Assembly: GCA_963749915.1 (NCBI GenBank)
Contig: CAVVOP010000022.1
Coordinates: 384,001 to 448,000 of the forward strand
Origin: an uncultured cyanobacterium
Lineage (GTDB): Bacteria > Cyanobacteriota > Cyanobacteriia > Cyanobacteriales > Cyanobacteriaceae
DNA length: 64,000 nucleotides
Reading direction: 5' to 3'
Below, piece by piece: positions 62,730 through 64,000 of this stretch. Each line of letters starts with the position of its first letter. The stretch's first letter is position 1. The translations under genes and the position numbers were made by a program. The notes beneath the pieces were generated by a model. The model made no database searches, had not been told where the DNA came from, and worked only from the letters and a program-made list of their open reading frames with translations.

Positions 62730-64000
62730 ATGTTTATCCCTAGTCAATCTCTCATTAGCAGAATTATTCCCTATGAAATGTTCACTAAAATCAGCCACCT
62801 TTGGCAAGACTTAGTAAACAAAAATGGACATGAAGGGATATATCTCAGTGAGGATAATTTAATGTCCTCTGCAAACAAACAAATAAATAAACAAAAATTC
62901 CACAGTTTTCAATTATTTGTGTCAGAAAAAATACGGGCTTTACTATTAGTCGAAAAACAGATTGACAAATTATACTATCAAATAACTATCACTTTTGATC
63001 ATCAAGAAATAGCTGATTTTTTAGAATTAACTGAAGATCATATTGTTATATCAGAACAACAATTAACGAAACTAAATACTATTTTATCTCAACGTCAACA
63101 TCAAGATTTTTCTAATCAGAATTTCATTGTTGCTTTACTGAAAATACTTACCGAACCTTTATCTTTTCAGGAAGGATACTTGAACGACTATTATCAAAAT
63201 CAATCCATAGAAGTTATTTTAAAAAATAGAATTGAACAAGAGAGAATTTTACATCAAGTAACTCAACAAATACAGCAAGATTTAGATCTACTAATTATTA
63301 TCAAAATGACCATAGAACAAGTACAAACCTTGTTAGAGGTAGATCGTATTTTAATATATCAAATAAAAGTGCCAATTAAACAAGAATTTTCAGAGGAAAG
63401 TAAGTTTATTGATACAGTTACCTATGAAGCAAAGGCATCGAGTATTATTTCTTCGGTCTTAAATTTTCAAGAAGAAACTTGTTTCCATAACATTAAAAAC
63501 TGTGAAGAAAAATACCTCAACGGATTTCATTTAGCTGTAGAAGATATCGATAATTGCCATCTCAATAATTGTCTCAAAGAATCAATGCAAAAATTAGGAA
63601 TAAAGGCCAAAATAGTTATTCCGATTATTGTTCAAAATAAGTTATGGGGTTTATTAATTGCTCATCAATGTTCTACTCCCAGAAAATGGAAAAGTAATGA
63701 AGTTAATTTTCTAAAAAATATTGCTGAATATTTAGCTGTTGCTATCTATCAATATAACTCCTATCAAAAGCTAGAAGAACAAAAAAAATTACTAGAAAAA
63801 CAAATAGAAAAAAAAGCAAAACAATTACAAGATGCCCTAATTGCTGCCCAAATAGCTAATCAGTCTAAAACGGAGTTTTTAGGTAGTATTAGCCATGAAT
63901 TAAGGACTCCTTTAACTTGTGTTATTGGCTTGTCAAGTACTTTATTACATTGGTCAAAAGATCCCAAAAATAGTTTATCCAGTGATCAACAAATAAGATA
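62730..64000 (+). CDS. cikA: CikA-like GAF sensor histidine kinase (partial, runs off right edge)
   Basis: Not in ORF track; manual translation gives EQERILHQVT, VDRILIYQ, VTYEA, LWGLLIAHQC, ANQSKTEFLGSISHELRTPLTCVIGLS. Confidence 0.85.
   Translation, partial: MFIPSQSLISRIIPYEMFTKISHLWQDLVNKNGHEGIYLSEDNLMSSANKQINKQKFHSFQLFVSEKIRALLLVEKQIDKLYYQITITFDHQEIADFLELTEDHIVISEQQLTKLNTILSQRQHQDFSNQNFIVALLKILTEPLSFQEGYLNDYYQNQSIEVILKNRIEQERILHQVTQQIQQDLDLLIIIKMTIEQVQTLLEVDRILIYQIKVPIKQEFSEESKFIDTVTYEAKASSIISSVLNFQEETCFHNIKNCEEKYLNGFHLAVEDIDNCHLNNCLKESMQKLGIKAKIVIPIIVQNKLWGLLIAHQCSTPRKWKSNEVNFLKNIAEYLAVAIYQYNSYQKLEEQKKLLEKQIEKKAKQLQDALIAAQIANQSKTEFLGSISHELRTPLTCVIGLSSTLLHWSKDPKNSLSSDQQIR

Overview
Cyanobacterial chromosome segment: recurrent HIP1 octamer GCGATCGC, glnA with a canonical NtcA promoter, pcyA, cikA, xisH/xisI and a PEP-CTERM gene. 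The left ~37 kb is an IS-fragmented extracellular-glycan island. It has seven sulfotransferases, GT2/GT4 glycosyltransferases, a Wzy/O-antigen-ligase-like membrane protein, an acetyltransferase, an alkaline-phosphatase-superfamily enzyme, a putative lipoprotein glycanase and a frameshifted PEP-CTERM gene. It also has three consecutive giant proteins with six malectin domains in total, combined with G8/beta-helix, beta-helix or FG-GAP propeller modules. A hypA/hypB/maturation-protease block, IS630, ISL3 and IS1 remnants and MITEs are interleaved. The right ~27 kb is mostly housekeeping (cryptochrome DASH, GH57, Ser/Thr kinase, ferrochelatase paralog, folD, glnA, pcyA, trmB, cikA) but contains a WecB/TagA glycosyltransferase fused to four MshEN-like repeats. 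The main non-coding observation is a ~110-bp promoter architecture (16-bp direct repeats spaced 24 and 28 bp, A-tracts, then a -10 box) shared by the sulfotransferase operon, the G8-malectin gene and the distant WecB-MshEN gene. This suggests one regulon for a sulfated extracellular matrix, possibly linked to c-di-GMP. All calls come from motifs read by eye; no database searches were run.
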